DNA from: Vicugna vicugna
Taxonomy: Eukaryota
Direction: 5' to 3'
Length of the DNA stretch: 64,000 nt
NCBI GenBank assembly: GCA_013265495.1
Contig: MU058337.1
Coordinates: forward strand, 1,952,686 to 2,016,685
Positions 61,755 to 64,000 of this stretch are shown piece after piece. The position numbers and the translations under genes were made by a program. The notes below the pieces were generated by a model that was given only the letters and a program-made list of their open reading frames with translations, was not told the origin of the DNA and did no database searches. Every line of letters begins with the position of its first letter. Position 1 is the first letter of the stretch.

Positions 61755-63119
61755 CCAAGAGCTGCCAGGCTGAGTCGGATGTAGATCACTTGTGTCTATG
61801 AAGAAATCTCACAATTTGTTTCAAAGGTTTGCTGTTGATAACGCAAAGGGATACGATTCCAGAAACAGATAATCCACTTGGATCAGTGCTTCCCAGACCC
61901 GTAGAACACAGAACGCCTTTGTAGTCCCCTTCTGCTGGAATTTTGCCTGTAACGTGTAGTGTGCTGTTAGACTCAGTCGATTCAATAAATGGTTAAGAAT
62001 TAGAAATACTATGAATTCACTATCAGTTGTATGAGGATTTGCATTTTGTTCAATGAAAATTTCCATTTTGATAGGCAGAAACTTGAAAGTACAGGACATA
62101 TATGTGTAAAGCCTCTTCTTGTTTTTAAAAATCTATATGGATTCTTGGAGTTCTTGCAATAACTTCCAAGTCCCCTGGGGTCCCTCTTCTACACTTTAGA
62201 GCCCACTGATCTAGATTTTAATTTGATGGATTCCATCAAGGGGTTTGTTAAAGAAATTTACAAGTTACAAGAATCGTACGATTTTAGTATGAAATATTTA
62301 CTAATATTGTAGGCAGTTACTTGTTTTACAATCCACAGAAACAACCCTCTGGTATCTAGAATTAGAACGTGATAACGACTTTGATAAATTAGAATTGCAA
62401 ACAAGCATAATTTGCCCCTGTTTTAAGAGCGTATCAGTGCCCCTTGTCGCCACTAATGGTGAGGACTCTATAAATCAGGAACAAATTCCCGACGGGGTGG
62501 CCTCTTCTGAATGCTCTTGTCTCTTTACAAAGGTGAGCACAGGTGGCAGATGACACGCGGGGCGAATTGCTCTGCAGGTCAGCACTGTCTGAGTGATCTG
62601 CCAGGTGTGGGAATGTACAAATCAAACAGTACGTTTCTGGAATGTCTGAAAATGTGGGCCACCTATGGCCCGGGAGACAGTTTTGATCACTGACTGCGGG
62701 ACAGACTGATCCAGCCAGAAAAATCAGGGATGGCGGCTGGGGTTGGAGGTGAGCAGAGAGCATTTTACAACTTACAGAACTTGACCCGTCTCAGAGAACA
62801 GGGACCTTCAAGCCCCACGCCGGAGCCGTGGTTCCGGTGCTTGATTTTGCTGGTCTCTGCACCGCCCGGGTGCCAGCCCGATCCAGCCCAGCCCTCCAGA
62901 AGCAGGGCTGAGGCAGGAATGAATCACTGTCAGGGAGAGTCTCAGCAAATGGGGTGAAAGGGCAGTGTGGCGAGGCGGCCCTCTGCACTTCTCAGTGGTG
63001 CAGGCTTCCCAGTGACGAAACACTGGGAGAGGAACACATGCTCTGCCGTCGCTGAGACCCCAGTTCGTAATCAACGTTTATGATTTATTAGCTTTACAAT
63101 CCGGGGCTGTTTCAGTGCA

Positions 63120-63220
63120 TTTCTCAGCCTCCATTTCCTCATCTCTAAAATAGAGCCATTGCTTCTTTGTAAGGCAAGGTGTGGGTTACACGTGATCGGC
63201 TCTCCCGAGTGCCAGGAAGA
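63120..63220 (+). mobile_element. MIR remnant
   Basis: ctcagcctccatttcctcatctctaaaatag. Confidence 0.6.
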
Positions 63221-63689
63221 GCCTCGTGGAGCCGGATTAGAAAGAGCAGAAAAGCATTAGCGGTTTCTTCTGCAGCTTCTTGCGTCGCTTGCATATTACA
63301 GTGGAGCTTCTGTCCGTCCGAACTCCGAGGCTTCCCCGCGTCGTGAAGGACGGCAGGGAGAAGGGTGGCTCACCAAGGGGAGCCTGCAGCCACCCTCACC
63401 TTCCTCGGGGCTTCGCTGCTCCGAGTCACTCAGAACTTAGCGTAAAGCCACACTCCAGACCTGGGGGCAGGCATCTCAACTCCCTTGACCCTCTTCTTTG
63501 GACTAATCTCCACGTTTTTCACACTATCACCCAATAGATGCTGAGAAGCGGCGAATCCAAAAATGGGAACTCCATTGACAAGTTCAAGGGGGCAGCGTGC
63601 ATTAAAAGACTGTGAACTCCAAAGCGCAGGCATGCAGGCTGTGGCCAGCTCTCAGCAAGACGGTTAATGCAAGGAACTGGGGCGAGACG

Positions 63690-63885
63690 CTTCTGACTGG
63701 ATTTCGGCTCCTCTGGCTGCTCGCTGTGGGACCCTGGGCAACTGACTTCATCTTTCTCTCAGCTCCCTCATCTGAAACAGTGAGGAGCATAATGATTCCA
63801 TCAACCTCGTAGGATTTTCGTGAGGATTCAATGAAATTCTAGATATAAAGAGCTTGAAGCAGAGCTCGTTGACATAAGGTGCTAG
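63690..63885 (+). mobile_element. MIR SINE
   Basis: gctgtgggaccctgggcaactgactt...ctcagctccctcatctgaaa...taggattttcgtgaggattcaatgaaat. Confidence 0.8.
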
Positions 63886-64000
63886 TGTCAGCAGCCAAGT
63901 GATGGGTTTAAGAGATGCGGTCAACTAAGACGCAGCACCTGGGGACATGACAGCAGCAGCCGGACAGCGGGTGTGTGACCAGGAGTCTGATCATTAGGGT

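Noticed and set aside
1..64000. A novel multi-gene system or a named host gene
   Set aside because: No recognisable coding exons, RNA genes or non-mammalian insertions; the locus cannot be named without an alignment.

Overview
Mammalian (eutherian) non-coding genomic DNA, most likely a camelid. It carries three short tRNA-Ala-derived SINEs of the vic-1 type and cetartiodactyl-type LINE-1 3' ends; I saw no Alu, B1/B2, Bov-A/BovB, PRE-1 or Can-SINE. I recognise no host protein-coding exon, RNA gene, CRISPR array or operon-like system. The ORF track is explained by chance ORFs plus decayed L1 ORF2 fragments. The window looks like a large intron or gene desert containing about 13 L1 fragments, many ancient L2/MIR remnants, MaLR (MLT1) LTRs, two MER20 DNA transposons, one ERV1-type (MER41-like) solo LTR and microsatellites. 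Non-repeat stretches between them are rich in homeodomain/TALE motifs and may be conserved enhancers. Points worth a second look are modest: a 102-bp tandem duplication, nested insertions with visible target-site duplications (TSDs), a micro inverted triplication, CpG-rich patches inside ancient repeats, and a few candidate + strand non-coding exons. Repeat family names come from my recognition of consensus motifs, not from a database search, and boundaries of old repeats are approximate. I found no evidence of a novel biological system.
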